From the NCBI GenBank assembly GCA_905178155.1, contig CAJINV010000001.1, positions 3,983,706 through 4,047,705 of the forward strand: DNA of 64,000 bases, given 5' to 3'. The DNA is from Amoebophrya sp. A120. Lineage: Eukaryota > Protista > Dinoflagellata. Positions 27,581-39,831 of this stretch are shown here, one piece after another (the stretch's first letter is position 1; every line of letters starts with the position of its first letter). The notes below the pieces were generated by a model, which had not been told where the DNA came from, searched no databases, and saw only the letters and a list, made by a program, of their open reading frames with translations. The translations under genes and the position numbers were made by a program.

Positions 27581-28316
27581 GTAGAAGCTACGAGGTCGGG
27601 GAACGATGTAAGTTGTGTTTCAACATTATCATGTAAGTAGCTCCTCCAAAAGCCATACAATATGCGCAGCAAGCTAGTAAAGTTCAAGTCTTTTGTGCAA
27701 TATGAGCATGAGCGAGAGCAGGATTTCTTTTCACGGTATAGATGATCTGCATTGCCATGCCATATGCTGTTTCACCTGATGAAGCATCGGAGTTTCTTGC
27801 GCATGGTGCTGGTGACTGAACATCGGTAAAGTCTGCATGATCATGAGGTGGCGAGTTTACTAAATTCGCATCGACGAGGTGGCAGGAGGTCAGCCCATCA
27901 TTAGCAAGCAGAGAACACGGAGAAAAGTGCGCAAGCACTTGCTCAAAAAAGAAAAGAAAAAAAGAAAAGAGATGGTCGCGCGTACTTATTGTCCGCGACG
28001 TCATCCAAAATGCAAAAAAGAAAAACCTGGCAGAAACTTCTGCACAGAGGCAACTGCTTTCTTGCAGCTTGCCGTTGTTTTTGAACGAAAAGAGCTGTGT
28101 TCCGAATTTTTCGATACTCCGTTTCCTTGGCCTTCGTCACGCCTCAGATCTCCTTCGTTGTCGTGTTTATTCACCACCGCCAATTATAGCGATCTTGTGC
28201 ATATTCATATTGACAATTGCCACATCCGAAGTAAGTATTGAAATTTAACATCGTTTCCGTTTGTAAAAATCAAAGACAAGAACAGTTTTGCTGCTGGAGT
28301 TCCTGGTAGTTCGAAA

Positions 28317-29661
28317 ATGTCGCAGGCGTCCCGTTTGCCTGCGCGACAGCTGTTTATGGCTCTCTTGGCCAACGTGTTGCTGCTCTTGTTCCTCCCAATT
28401 CAGACAAACGCCGAGACGTTTGGAAAGATTACGAGTTGCCCGGCGTGACGCTTAAACGCGCTGCCCGAGGTGCGGAAATTTCTGAAGGATGAGAGCAACC
28501 GATCGGGCGTGTCCCAGTACCCCGGCGTCCAAATGGTTTGGCACCGGGGAGAGTCTCCCCGTCTGGAGATCAGGCCTGCGCTGTCCAGCGGGAACAAAGC
28601 ATCGCTGGTTACACGACCCGGAGTTGTTGCCTCATCCGAAAGTGGATCCAACCAACCAGCAAAAACCGCTGGAGCTGACCTAGACTACGATACGCCAATA
28701 GCGGCGGAGACGATACCATTGGACAAGTTTAAGTTTCACGACCTGCATCTGCTGCTGCAATGTAAGGGCTTCCGCACCGTGCTACAGGAGAGGGCAAGTG
28801 CGAGGGAGTGCGATAGCTTCAGGGAGAAGTTTCCGGAGCACTTTCAGATCAACGCCGCGGTGCCTCTTGCACAAGATGCAGAAGACAGGGAAGGCCAACT
28901 GAATCCGGTAGCGCGAGACAAAGCAGGAGAAGCAGTCGCAGCGACGTTGAGCCTTCTGCATGATTCCCGTATTTTTTGTTTTTCTTGAGTGCGATTCTTG
29001 TGAGTCTGTCTGATGAACTAATATTGAGATTGCCGCGTGTAGTTGCTCGATTATTTTGGCAGGCCTTAGCTACCACTACGCTTGTCTCTATCTGGTGGCG
29101 CTCGTCCGTCTTCGTGTAATCTGTATCTGGGCATGAAGATCTGCACCTCGTCCAAGAAGTCTTCAACTCATAAATATTCACATGTGATCAACAGCTGCCA
29201 ACCTTAATGCGCAAAGCCGCCGAACTTGGGCCGCTTCGCTATTCCGAAGCCCGCTGGTGATACTTCTTTTCGGCGTCTTCTGTTGCGGTTGCGTATTTTA
29301 CCAGTACGCTGACGCCGCGATGGATCGCTTCAATAGACGGCAGCAGCGGAGAAAATATGACGCGGCAGCTGTCACTGAGCTTGACGCGGTGGAACTAGGG
29401 CAGGTTTCCGCTTCCCACGCCGCGCAGACGCCCGAGGGGGACGAGGACGAGGAGGGTGTTGTAGACTCTCAAAACTTTAGCCGCGGGCCGACCTGGATGC
29501 GAAATTCAAATTTGGGGCCGCGAAGCACGTCGAAAAATCGAAGTAACACGACCTCCGGGGATGGTGCCGTAGCTGCCTACGAGAGCCCGATCGCATCTTC
29601 GCCCGGGAAGATTCACTACGGACATAATATTGGGGTAAGGAATGCGGAGGATGCGATCTAA
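28317..29661 (+). CDS. SelM/Sep15-like selenoprotein (CxxU), signal peptide and probable C-terminal TM; in-frame TGA 28446-28448
   Basis: Signal-like LLANVLLLLFLP, then TSCPA[TGA]RLNALPEVRKFL, YPGVQMVWHRGESPRL, ETIPLDKFKFHDLHLLLQCKGF; probable GT-AG intron to the exon encoding LVILLFGVFCCGCVFY. Confidence 0.8.
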
Positions 29662-30099
29662 CTGGGCTCCTCCGAGGAGATGCGGTCTTCGTCTTTTTTC
29701 AAAGTGATCCACTGACTCCCGATTCTATTTTCCAGAAAGAGCTACTGCTACCCTTTTTCCAGTACATTTCTTGAGGAGTGATTCCGCGCAGTATAATGAA
29801 TGAGCCTAGTGACTCTGCGAATTTTTATTGCTTTTGCTGGCGTGGTTGATATAGTCTCACGACTACAGGAGTTTCTACATCACAGCGGCTATGCCTATGT
29901 TTGCTGTCGGAGGAGGTCGCGATGTAGTTTTTCTGAATCGGATGCGGGTTGTTCGTTACACGTGCAGAGCACTGGCGTGGAGAAGGATCGACATGGCGAA
30001 AGCCGAAGTCGAAGAGGGCAGTCCATAAAAAATGTGCTGCGTTGCATTGTTGCACGACATTCAAATGATCGCAATACTGCTCAATGCGATTGTTAGCGG

Positions 30100-33000
30100 T
30101 GTTTTGTGGTTCTCGTTGTTCGCAAGTTTCTTACGGGGAAAAAATAGCAGCTGAGTTTGTGGGAAAGGTAGTTTGCCAAATAGCCGGATGATGAATTTGT
30201 GAGCAGGGTGATGGGGCGGGTAATTCGGCGAACCGGCGGAGGACCAAGGGGCGCGCCGCTCGTGGTGGAGGTCTCGAGCTGTTTCGGCATTGCGCAGGAA
30301 ATTGGCGGCCCCTTCATCAAGCAAGCGGCGGCGCCTGCCCTTGCCAGATGGGGCCGGCGCAGATTGTGGGGAGGGGGTGCCGAAAGGCTTGGCCTAGAAG
30401 CGCGCCACGTCCTCGAAGGCCGAGCAGGAAGACCGCGCGCGATTCTTTGATCCGGGGCTCCGGTAAGTTGGTCGGCGGCTTCTGTGTGTTCCGGCCGAAC
30501 AAGCTGCCCAACGCGGCCGCGGAGGTGTCGGCCCCCGGCATTGCGCCGGGCGACGCATATCGGAGGCCCGCGGGGGGGGGGGGGCAGCTTTGGGTGGCAG
30601 CGGCCGCGCAGCTCTGGGGCCGCCCCGGCCCGCCCAGGGCGATGCCACGGCCGGCGAGACGCGGGCGGCGCGGGAAGCGCGTAGCCGGCGAGGAAACGGC
30701 GCGCGGCTTGCCGGGAAGGCCGGCGAACGGGACAAGCAGCACCTTCGCGCCTCCCCGTGCCGCCCGGAAGTCCCCGAATGGTGGACCAGGCCGCCGCCTG
30801 CTTCGAAGGCCTGGCGAAAAACTTCGGGCGCCCGCCAAGGCCGGCGAGCTTCGGCGATGGATGCCGCGGCGCAAACGGGTCGCGCTGGCGTTTTTTGGTC
30901 GCGGGCGTATCGATGCTAATTAGAAGCAATATCTTTGGCGCTGTGAGGCCGTAAGTTAGTGACTTAGTGGCGCGGAATTGGCGGGGTTGTAATTTCAAAA
31001 GAGGCCCAGGGCCGTCCTGCGCGTTTGCCGGGGCGGCCGCGAGCGCGGTACGTAGGCCGCCGCTAAAAAGGGGGCGAAGGAGAGCACTCCGGCGAACCGG
31101 GGCGCGAGGGCAATGGCGCAACATGTTCGCGGGGCCGGCTGGTGGATAGGCCGCTCCGCGCCCCAGGCGCGGGCGCCTGGCTTTGGTGCAATGGGCGCGC
31201 CCCCCGCCCCCCCTCCGCTTCTTGGCCTTGTGTTGCCGTGGCCATTTGCAACGAACGCGCAAAGCCATTGGCGGGCAGAGTTGACCAAGAGGGTTGCCCC
31301 CATGTTACATTTGGCACTTCAGTCGTTCCTCCGGCGCGATGCCACGCATCCGCACAGCGCGAAAAGCTGCCATCCGTCACTTGATGGAGTACAGCCAGCG
31401 ACAGCGAGCGGCCGGGGCTTCGAGTAGCCAGTATACAAGTGACAAGCTCCCCCTCCCCCTCAAAATATTACTTTTTTGTAATATTTCGCAATTTATTTGG
31501 TTACCAAATAATGCGTTTTTATGTCACCAAATGTTGCACTTTTGTGCCATCAAATCGCGCACGTTTCGACTCCAATAAATGCGAAGCGATCCATCGCGTT
31601 GCGTTTTGTGGCAGCAAACGCGTCGCAAAAGGTCGCGGACCCGGAGTGTCTTCGTGCCTTTGATCGGTCGAGCCTGTGATCTCCGCACACCTGGCGCAGA
31701 AATCGGGGTCAGATGACTGCGTCAGGAATAAACAAGGAGACGGCAACAACCAAAAGAAAATGCCGGGCCTTCTTCTGCGTGTAAGTTGATAAGTTGCAAG
31801 ACTTCCGGCAAATGCTCGCCAAATCGCCACTTTTTGTGTCGTCAAATCAGCGACTTTTTTGCGACCTCGGAAGTGAGCTCAAAAAATATTACTCTTTGAT
31901 CGCTAATCACGATGCTATGGGCCCACTCCCCCTCATGAGGGAAAGTGGACGGCTTTGGTGAGGGGGAGTGAGCCCATAGCATCGCGATTAGCGAAAATTG
32001 CAGCGTTTTGGCCCCGGCAAATCGTCCCCATAGCATGCAGCCTAGCTCCTAGAAAAAAATTAAAAAAGCGCTCGCTTTTTCATTCAAATCATCCACTTTT
32101 TGTCATTCAAATCATCCACTTTTTGTCATTCAAATCAGCGACTTTTTGGGCTCGGAGCTGCGAGCCGCCAAAAAGGAGCAAAAAATATTACATTTTGATG
32201 GCTAATCGCGATGCTATGGGCCCACTCCCCCTCATGAGGGGAAGTGGACAGCCTTGGCGAGGGGGAGTGAGCCCAAAGCATCGCGATTAGCTTTCACAAC
32301 ATAGCGAGAGACTGCAAACTTTTGCGACGCTTTTGGTCGCACAAAAAGCAACGCAAGCGCTCCGCATTTGAGGTCGAAACGTGCGCGGTTTGATGACATA
32401 AAAGCGCACTATTTGGTGACATAGAAGCGCGCTATTTGGTAACCAAATATATACTCCAATATCAATATTTTGAGGGGGAGGGGGAGCTGAGCACTTGTAT
32501 AGCCAGCCAACGCCGGCCAGTAGCGGGGCGGTTTCGGCATGGTGGACCATCGCAGGCGTGGCGAGCAATGCCAACAATGCGGACCGCGGCTGCCGACGTG
32601 TGTTGATTATTGGCATGGCCATTGGGCCGATTGTCCAGAATGCGCACGCAGCGCGAGAGTCACGAGACTCCTTGTCGATGAGGGGCTCACCGTTTCAGAA
32701 GGCGAGCCGCTCGGGCACGAGTACAAGGTCTGCGAGCGCGTGAACCTGTGCACTGGGCCGCGAGCAGATCCCAGGAAAGCCGCCGGGCATTTTCCATCGT
32801 GCGCCGCGTCTGAGAGTTTTGCAATCGCACTCGTTCCGGGCAGGGGGCCCCTCCGCGGCGGGCTAGCTTGCAGCTTGGCAGCGCGGCCGCCTATTTGGTC
32901 CGCTCGCTTCGCGGCCCTTTCTTTGGGCTGGCCGGGCCCGCGGTACTGGGTTGGAGTCGCCAGGGCGGCTGAAAATAGACGCCGTCCGCGATTGCCCGAC

Positions 33001-33430
33001 TGCGTGTTTGGCGCGCCAGTGTTGGTCCCCGCGGGCGGTCTGCCCTCTAGTTCTTCACTCTTGGGCGCCGTCCGCCGGCCCGCCCGCCCGGGCAGGCGCC
33101 GACAGCCGACCGTGCGTCGCGCGCCAGCTGATTTCAGGCGCGCCTGCCTCCCAGCAGCCGGCGCCGCGATGTCGATTTCTGGCGACCATGTGAACAACGC
33201 GATGCAATGACTCGGCGCCCGCTGCCGCAATGCGAATGCCCTCCTTCGCGTTTGCTCTTCCTTGGCGTTGGTTTTCTGTTGAAGGTGTTGGCCGCACCGA
33301 CAAAAGGAATGGAGTGAAAACTGGAGTTGGCCGCGGAGTGAAAACTGGACTCACGATGAGCAAGCATGGTCATTTGCCCGCCTGTGGAAAGTGAACATAC
33401 CACGGAGCGGAAACCACTTCCAGCGTTATC
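30100..33430. repeat. GC-rich degenerate repeat/TE-derived block (boundaries approximate) hosting a nested TIR element
   Basis: Abrupt GC-rich composition, overlapping uninformative ORFs on both strands, nested element at 31432-32501. Confidence 0.5.
31432..32501. mobile_element. 1070-bp non-autonomous TIR element with long (~200 bp) imperfect TIRs
   Basis: tatacaagtgacaagctcccc.. / ..ggggagctgagcacttgtata; DR gccag (31427-31431, 32502-32506); two internal hairpin units at 31901-31993 and 32201-32291. Confidence 0.88.
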
Positions 33431-34097
33431 ATATTCTAACGCAGTGCGCGAGCGCGTCTAATTGTTGCGCTTTTCTTTGTGCCTGCAAGCCGTGCGTGTA
33501 TGCCTGTTGTTCGTCCACTTTTTTTATCTGCTGCTCCATGTTTTTTCGATACCTCAGCGCGGCCGCCATCGCCTCATCTTTTTCTTTCCTATGTCAATGG
33601 ACCCCTCCGCGAAGCGTGTGGAGCAGCGCTGCGCTAGGTTGCTGCGTGTCTCTTTCTGACTCTGAATCTGATACAAGAACAAACTTGAAGTCTTGAGCGA
33701 TATCGAAGCCGACGACCCATGATATCCCTGACCAGACACCAGCTCCGTAGTTTAGTCTATTAGTATGTTGCCGTCGACGATGAGCTGCAAGAGAAGGAGC
33801 GTCATGACCCGGCACGCTTGGCAGTTAATTTAATATCAGTCGCATTTCGATATCGATTCTTCCGTTCCTCGGTTGCGTGAGAAGATAGCACTAGAAGTAG
33901 TGTAGCAGCTGCAGCTCGAGGTCGAGGAGCGAGTGCGGGTTTAAGATATATACTTTATTAAAGGTTGGACACATGTACATGTTGATACCCGTAGCCGTAC
34001 CCCATAGCTGCATGATATCGACCCGTCGTGGACAGAAATTTTACACACTCGCATTGAGCAGACGACTTGGCATCGGATCAAAGAACAACACGAAAGT

Positions 34098-35995
34098 ATG
34101 GAGTTCGATTTCAACGTCGCGCGAACGTTCGGGCTCCACAGCAACAGCGGCGTTGCCTGTTTGTCCGCCGACCGCATTGCCGATGCGAGCTCCAGCATCG
34201 ATCCCCGGCGGAGGACCAGTGTCGCACCCAATGATCCCAGTCGACTCAAGAAGCAACTGTGTGAAGTCATCGAAGAGATGGGTAGAGCAAGCCAGATAGC
34301 GCAGGGACTCCGCCAACCGGTTACGGTAAGTCGTGCTGCACAGTTGTGTGGCACAACATAACATCAATCGCCATGCTGCGCTTTCAGTAGAAATTGATTG
34401 AAACTCATGACTCATTCCTTGAGTATGAACGAGCGGAGGCCACTGCCAAAATTGATACTAGCAGACACATCGTTAAGTGCTCATTTCAAAAACACACGAC
34501 GACCAAAATAATGCTTACAGAACCTCATCAAGCTTTCGGGCTGCCCGGACCAGCGCGTGTACATTGCAATTTCGGATCGCAGCAAGGTGATCGGCTTGCT
34601 GAAGGTCGGCGTGAAGAAGCTCTTCGTGCAGACGCCCAGCATCAACACCAGCATCTACACCCGCAGCAGCGACACGGGCCAGATGGCGGAGATCCAGCCG
34701 CTCTGCGTTTTGGACTTCTACGTCCACGAGTCGTGCCAGCGTCAAGGGTGGGGCAAGAAACTGTTCGAGTATTTCCTCTGGCAGGAAAAGAAGAGCCCCA
34801 CGAAGCTGGCCTACGACCGCCCGAGCTCGAAGTTGCTCAAGTTTTTAGACCGGCATTACGGGCTGAAGCAGTACACGCCGCAAACGAACAACTTCGTGGT
34901 CTACCACCGGTTCTTCGACAAAAAGGACAGCGGCTACATGCCCTCTTCCTGCCCGGTGTTGTTCGAGGAGCAACGGGAGCGGGCAGAATCCAAAGGAAAT
35001 AAAGTGAAGTTTGCGGTGGAGGCCTCCACGTCCTCACCAGAGAAAGACTACGAGGCGGAGCGGTCCACGTCTTGTTCCGAGGGATCGCACCCCGGTGGAC
35101 CCGCGGTTGCAGCATCTTCATCGAGCCGGTCGTCGCGAGGTGCAGCAGTTCCAACGGGCTACCGAAGTCAAGCCGACGCTGAGGGTGGCGCAGGGTCCCC
35201 GGAACTGCCGTCGCGGCACGACATGGCGGAACAACTGAGAGGCGGCGAGGGAAAGCTCGCATCTGCACTAGAGCAAGCGAGGGCACTAACAAGGCTACAG
35301 GAGGAACAACGAAGTACCGCGGCGCTCGAGCAGCAACGGCAAGACTCACGAACCCACTTCCAGAAACACGTACTACTAGTACAGTTGCTTTCTTAATTTC
35401 TATAATTTCATGGCTTGACCATGGTGCGCTTGGCATTGGCTTTGCACTTTATCATTTTTCTTCTGTTCGACGTTTAGAACAATAAGTAATCTGTAAACAC
35501 TCAGCCTGTTCGACGAGCGAGCATCTGTAAACACTCACCTGGTGAGTGATTTCAGAACATTATCTGAGTCTGAATCTGTTTAAGTTTTTTTTTATTTTTC
35601 CAATGTCGATGTCGAAATAATAGCGCACATATAATTGACCTCCACAGCTATCTTCCACCTATGGCTCGCAATTCGCCGACCCCTCTCCCTACGACGCGGT
35701 GTCTGAACACTTCACCCGCCCAGCCTACGTACACTATCGTGATCGACAGCGACAGTCCAGCGGTGTCGCAAATTTGCTGTCTACGCACGGGTCGAAAAAT
35801 GGAACGAGTGGCGTTGGAGCAAGCGAGCAGCCTCATGGCGAATTACAGAGGCAGAAGAAAACATCCCTGTACGGAAGCGATTTCCAGGCTCTCACGGGCT
35901 CCGACTCGAAGAGCATGCTCTCGCAACAGCAGCAGCTCAACAACATGGTGGCAAACAGCTTGAAAAATCCGCAAAGATCAAGAACGATTCTGTGA
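34098..35995 (+). CDS. ATAT1: Alpha-tubulin N-acetyltransferase (MEC-17)
   Basis: MEFDFN, MGRASQIAQGL, GLLKVGVKKLF, CVLDFYVHESCQRQGWGKKLF, LAYDRPSSKLLKFL, PQTNNFVVY; introns 34326-34520 and 35370-35647. Confidence 0.93.
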
Positions 35996-37209
35996 ACTCC
36001 TGACGAACAATAATATTCTCTTTCAATTTATTTTTCAATTCTTTTCCAAGTACGTCGTCTCGTGCGAACGAAGCCGAAGATTCTGATGAACGTGTGATCG
36101 CTTCTTGTTGTTGACCGCCACCGGACACAAGAAAAACTTTTCGCTTTCTTTCTCTGTTTTTCTCAGCATGCATTCAACTTTGTGGCACTTTCGTCGAGTG
36201 TGGCCGCGGCGCCGAACTTTCAGTTTGGCGTATGTCCTTTTTGAGAAGAATTTCGTTGCGTCCAAGTGGAGCTGCACCTTTCAAGATGCAGTAACAAGTA
36301 CTTTTTATGAAGCGAAACTATGACAACAAGCATTCTTCTAAATCTGATCTGAGCCCGACCCTCGCACACCCTCTGGCTGGCAAAGTAAGTACAACGCTTG
36401 CGCGACCGCTACTTCATCTATTGTGGTCACCAGAACTACACCCAGTGCCAGTGCTGACGACACTACGTGTTACCTGCGGAGGCAGAGCAGCAGAAGACGA
36501 AGGGGTTTGTTTCTTACACGCGTATCTGACGCAGAATCGGGGTTGTCTTCTTCGGTCATAATCAACCTGCAGCTGATGGTTGCTCTTACCCGGAGCAGCT
36601 CGGAGCAGCTTCAATTCATGTTGTGTGCCAGATTTTGTCAAAGAAAAGATCCCGCTGCGGCAAGGAGATCAAAATCAAATGGATCATCTTCACATGAAGG
36701 AGATCTAGAAACTAGAAGAAGAGCACCCTTTTCATTCCAGAGGAACGGTAAAGCAGATCCAGATCTGGACGAAATACACAGTAATAAACAGATGACGAAC
36801 ATGACAAGACGAGTCCAACATGAGTATGGTGGTCAGAAAAGCAAAAACATATGGATGTTGTCACGTAAACCTAACAAGTAAACGTTACGTTTACTGGACA
36901 TGATCCTTATCTAAATCTTATACTTATCCGTCGACGACGAGCACAATGATCTTTCTTGGAGATTTGTCGTCTTTTTTTCTTTCTGCATTTCCTATGATGT
37001 GAAATGATGTCAGCGACCCAACAAACAAGCGACCTCTTCCCATCTGCACCTGTGACAAGATTTGAACCTCACATGCCCCGTCGTGGTGTTGTATTGGTGA
37101 AAATGAAGCAGTAGCAAATGTAAAACTATAAAGTTGAAGTTGTATTTTTATCATGTGCCTTTTTGAGCGAGAATATCGGTGGCGGGAAACCGTAAGAATC
37201 TGAAGAAAT

Positions 37210-38997
37210 ATGTTGCTTGTCGAAGAAGGCAACTCGGCGGGCACCAGGAAGATCACGTCGTCTTCTATGCCCGGACGACAGGAGCCTGCACCAGTCTCCC
37301 TCCAGCATCAGGATGGCGAGCTAGTACCTGCTGAACTCCCTCCGGAGCTGCAAGAGCAGCCTCCAACCATGTCCAAGCGCGCTGCCAACAAGTTGCTTCA
37401 CAAGCAGAGCAAGCGACTCCGGCGCCACGACGACCGCGTGAAGAAGCACGAGGAATTGCTTGAAAAGGCGAAGGAACTGCGCAAGGAAATATCACAAGAT
37501 CTGCCGCGGCTGACGGTCCCAGATGCATCGCTCTATCAAAACCTCAGGGAATTTTGCGAAACGGAAATTCTGAAGGGAAAAGAAGCGTCTATTGATGAAG
37601 GATATCCTCACAATCATGAAGAGAGCTCTGACCCATCTACGGCGGAGGGCATTGTTGGCGCTTTCCTTCGGCGACCGACCGCTTATCATGCCAAGTACGC
37701 CGCCCAAGAGCTCTGTCTCGCATACCAGGTCTGGCGATTGATTCGCGCACAGGAGCAGAGGTCGTGCCGGGGGGAGACTGGAAGAGCATCACAAGCAGCG
37801 GCGAGGACGACCACGACGAACGGTGAAAGGACATTACAACGACCCGTAGACGCTCTTGTGGATGTTGGGGCCGGAAACGCGAATCTCAGCCTTTTTCTCG
37901 CTTTGCTGTTCGATCTGCCGGTGCTGATGGTGGAAATGGACTCCCCAAGAAAGGAATTGCGGGGCGAAGAGTGTCTTCCTACAGATGAGGGTGGTGACAG
38001 GGAAGATGTTGATGACCAACGAGGCACTTTGGCAAGGGAGGTCAGAAGAAACCTAATCCGCGTTCCAGACACGAGGATAGAAGGCTACACACTGCCGAGC
38101 GAGTACCAGAGTGTCATCGTTATCGGCAAGCATCTGTGCGGCCCAGGAACCGACGCGGCGATCGAGTTTATCGCAAGAAATGAAAGTCGGGTCGCCGGAT
38201 GCGTGTTCGCCACGTGCTGCTTCAACAAAATTTGCAACGACCATTACTTCGCAGAATGCTATGGCGATTTGCTGTTGAGAAACAAGAAAAACACGTCAGT
38301 CGCAGAGGTGGAAGGTCGTCGCGAGGACAACTTTGTTTGCGAGAGCGTGGAAGCCGAGGACGACAGCACAGGAGATCATGACGCAACTTCCGCAGCAATT
38401 TCGAGCATACAAATCAAACAGCGCATCCAAGAGCTGGCGCGCATGACTTCGTGGCGAAACACGCATCTTACCGATAACAGCCTGATTAGCGAGCCGATGC
38501 TGCGAGAAGCCGAATTTTTCGAGTCCTGGATCCAGCAATCGAGAATACACCGGCTCAAGCAAATTTTCACTGCGAGCGACGTGGACGAATTTCTCTACTG
38601 CCGCAGCGGCGCGCATTCGCAACAGAACAGGTGCCTAATCGCAGGAACAACGTCAAGAGCTAAAAGAAGTCACCAGAATGACCAAGTCGAAAGCTGCGAC
38701 ACACAAATACAACAAACAGACGCTGAGAGGGTACCAGCCGAGGACTACTTGAGCACCGAACTTCCGTCTTTTTGGCAACGGATAAGGCATCGTGCGCACT
38801 TTCTTTCCTCGATATTACCAATCGACCTGAGACCCGTCGGGCTCGTCTCAGCGCGATACAACTTTGATGGCCGGGGCTTGTTGAAGAAGGCTGGAAAAGA
38901 CTTAGATATCTGTCCAACAGTAGCAGAGGTGGACGAAGAAGACATTCTTGACGGATCCACTGCTTCCTCTCTAGCAGAAGTAGTCCCTTCGACTTGA
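37210..38997 (+). CDS. TRM13-like SAM-dependent methyltransferase
   Basis: VDVGAGNANLS motif I, VIGKHLCGPGTD, ATCC motifs. Confidence 0.7.
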   Translation: MLLVEEGNSAGTRKITSSSMPGRQEPAPVSLQHQDGELVPAELPPELQEQPPTMSKRAANKLLHKQSKRLRRHDDRVKKHEELLEKAKELRKEISQDLPRLTVPDASLYQNLREFCETEILKGKEASIDEGYPHNHEESSDPSTAEGIVGAFLRRPTAYHAKYAAQELCLAYQVWRLIRAQEQRSCRGETGRASQAAARTTTTNGERTLQRPVDALVDVGAGNANLSLFLALLFDLPVLMVEMDSPRKELRGEECLPTDEGGDREDVDDQRGTLAREVRRNLIRVPDTRIEGYTLPSEYQSVIVIGKHLCGPGTDAAIEFIARNESRVAGCVFATCCFNKICNDHYFAECYGDLLLRNKKNTSVAEVEGRREDNFVCESVEAEDDSTGDHDATSAAISSIQIKQRIQELARMTSWRNTHLTDNSLISEPMLREAEFFESWIQQSRIHRLKQIFTASDVDEFLYCRSGAHSQQNRCLIAGTTSRAKRSHQNDQVESCDTQIQQTDAERVPAEDYLSTELPSFWQRIRHRAHFLSSILPIDLRPVGLVSARYNFDGRGLLKKAGKDLDICPTVAEVDEEDILDGSTASSLAEVVPST

Positions 38998-39831
38998 CGT
39001 TGACGAGGACCTCCACCCTCACACTCGTGCGCCTGACAACTGGCTTCTTGAACACAATAAATGATGAAAGTAGATCGAACAAAAGTAGTTCTTTTTTACC
39101 GAGCAGCACTTTCACCGGCGACCTCAATCTTCAACGACGCATCCCTACAGCAGCATCATGTTGCTCATCATGGTGATGAAAACCCAAAGCGTAGAAAGCT
39201 CTACGACTTGTTCTGTACGACATCAAGGTCCCTTTGTTCATATTCGTTCCCAGTGGCCGGATGAAGATCCAGCAGCGACTGCATCTTCATCCCTTTGGGT
39301 AATTAGAGTCATTACAGCGTCGAGCGCATTCTATTGTCCCTTTCGTTGTTGCAGCTGTTGGGCGGCGCAACTAGCAATGTTTTTAGTTTTACATGTTTTT
39401 TCAATATCGTGTCGTGGTCGGGAGAGACTTCTGAGTGTATGCCTGTTGACCTCCTCGTGAGCGTGAGGGTGATGATGGAGTGACGATTAGACGTTCGTAG
39501 TTCGATTTAGAAAGAAGATGCGAGCCTTGTCTAATGAAGATTAGTGTGGGTATGCATAGAAAGAAGCTTCAGCTCTCCGACGAATAGACACGTTTTTTTT
39601 CCTATGATGACGCAACTACATCGCAACTAGTTGTTGAAGAAAGAGGTCGAGAGTGTAAACATAAGATTCTGTTGCCTTGCAGAAGTATTAGAACCGGCAG
39701 AAACAGTAGCTGTAGCTGCACCTGTAAAAATAAAAAAGATCAACGAATTGTTGATGGACCTGAACTGGCTATTAGACTGTTGAATCTAGTTGGTATTGGT
39801 ACCACTGGCTCCTATCGCCGGAACCAAAAAC

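Noticed and set aside
28446-28448. In-frame TGA as a pseudogene stop or alternative genetic code
   Set aside because: It lies exactly at the U of a CxxU motif, and TGA is used as a normal stop in other genes here (e.g. 23876-23878, 27578-27580).
29700-29800. Possible SECIS (tgactcc...ggagtga)
   Set aside because: A proper non-Watson-Crick quartet plus 11-12-bp helix could not be built by eye.
31844-32291. Repeated palindromic units as a CRISPR array
   Set aside because: There are only two long units, no regular spacers and no cas genes, and the context is eukaryotic.
30093-33363. Long Arg/Pro/Ala-rich ORFs on both strands (e.g. 30093-31268, 391 aa)
   Set aside because: These are shadow ORFs of GC-rich repeat DNA with no recognisable transposase, RT or integrase motifs. 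The same applies to 41081-41893 and 61272-62195.
35489-35537. Short direct repeat atctgtaaacactca in an ATAT1 intron
   Set aside because: It is a local duplication with no TIR or wider pattern.
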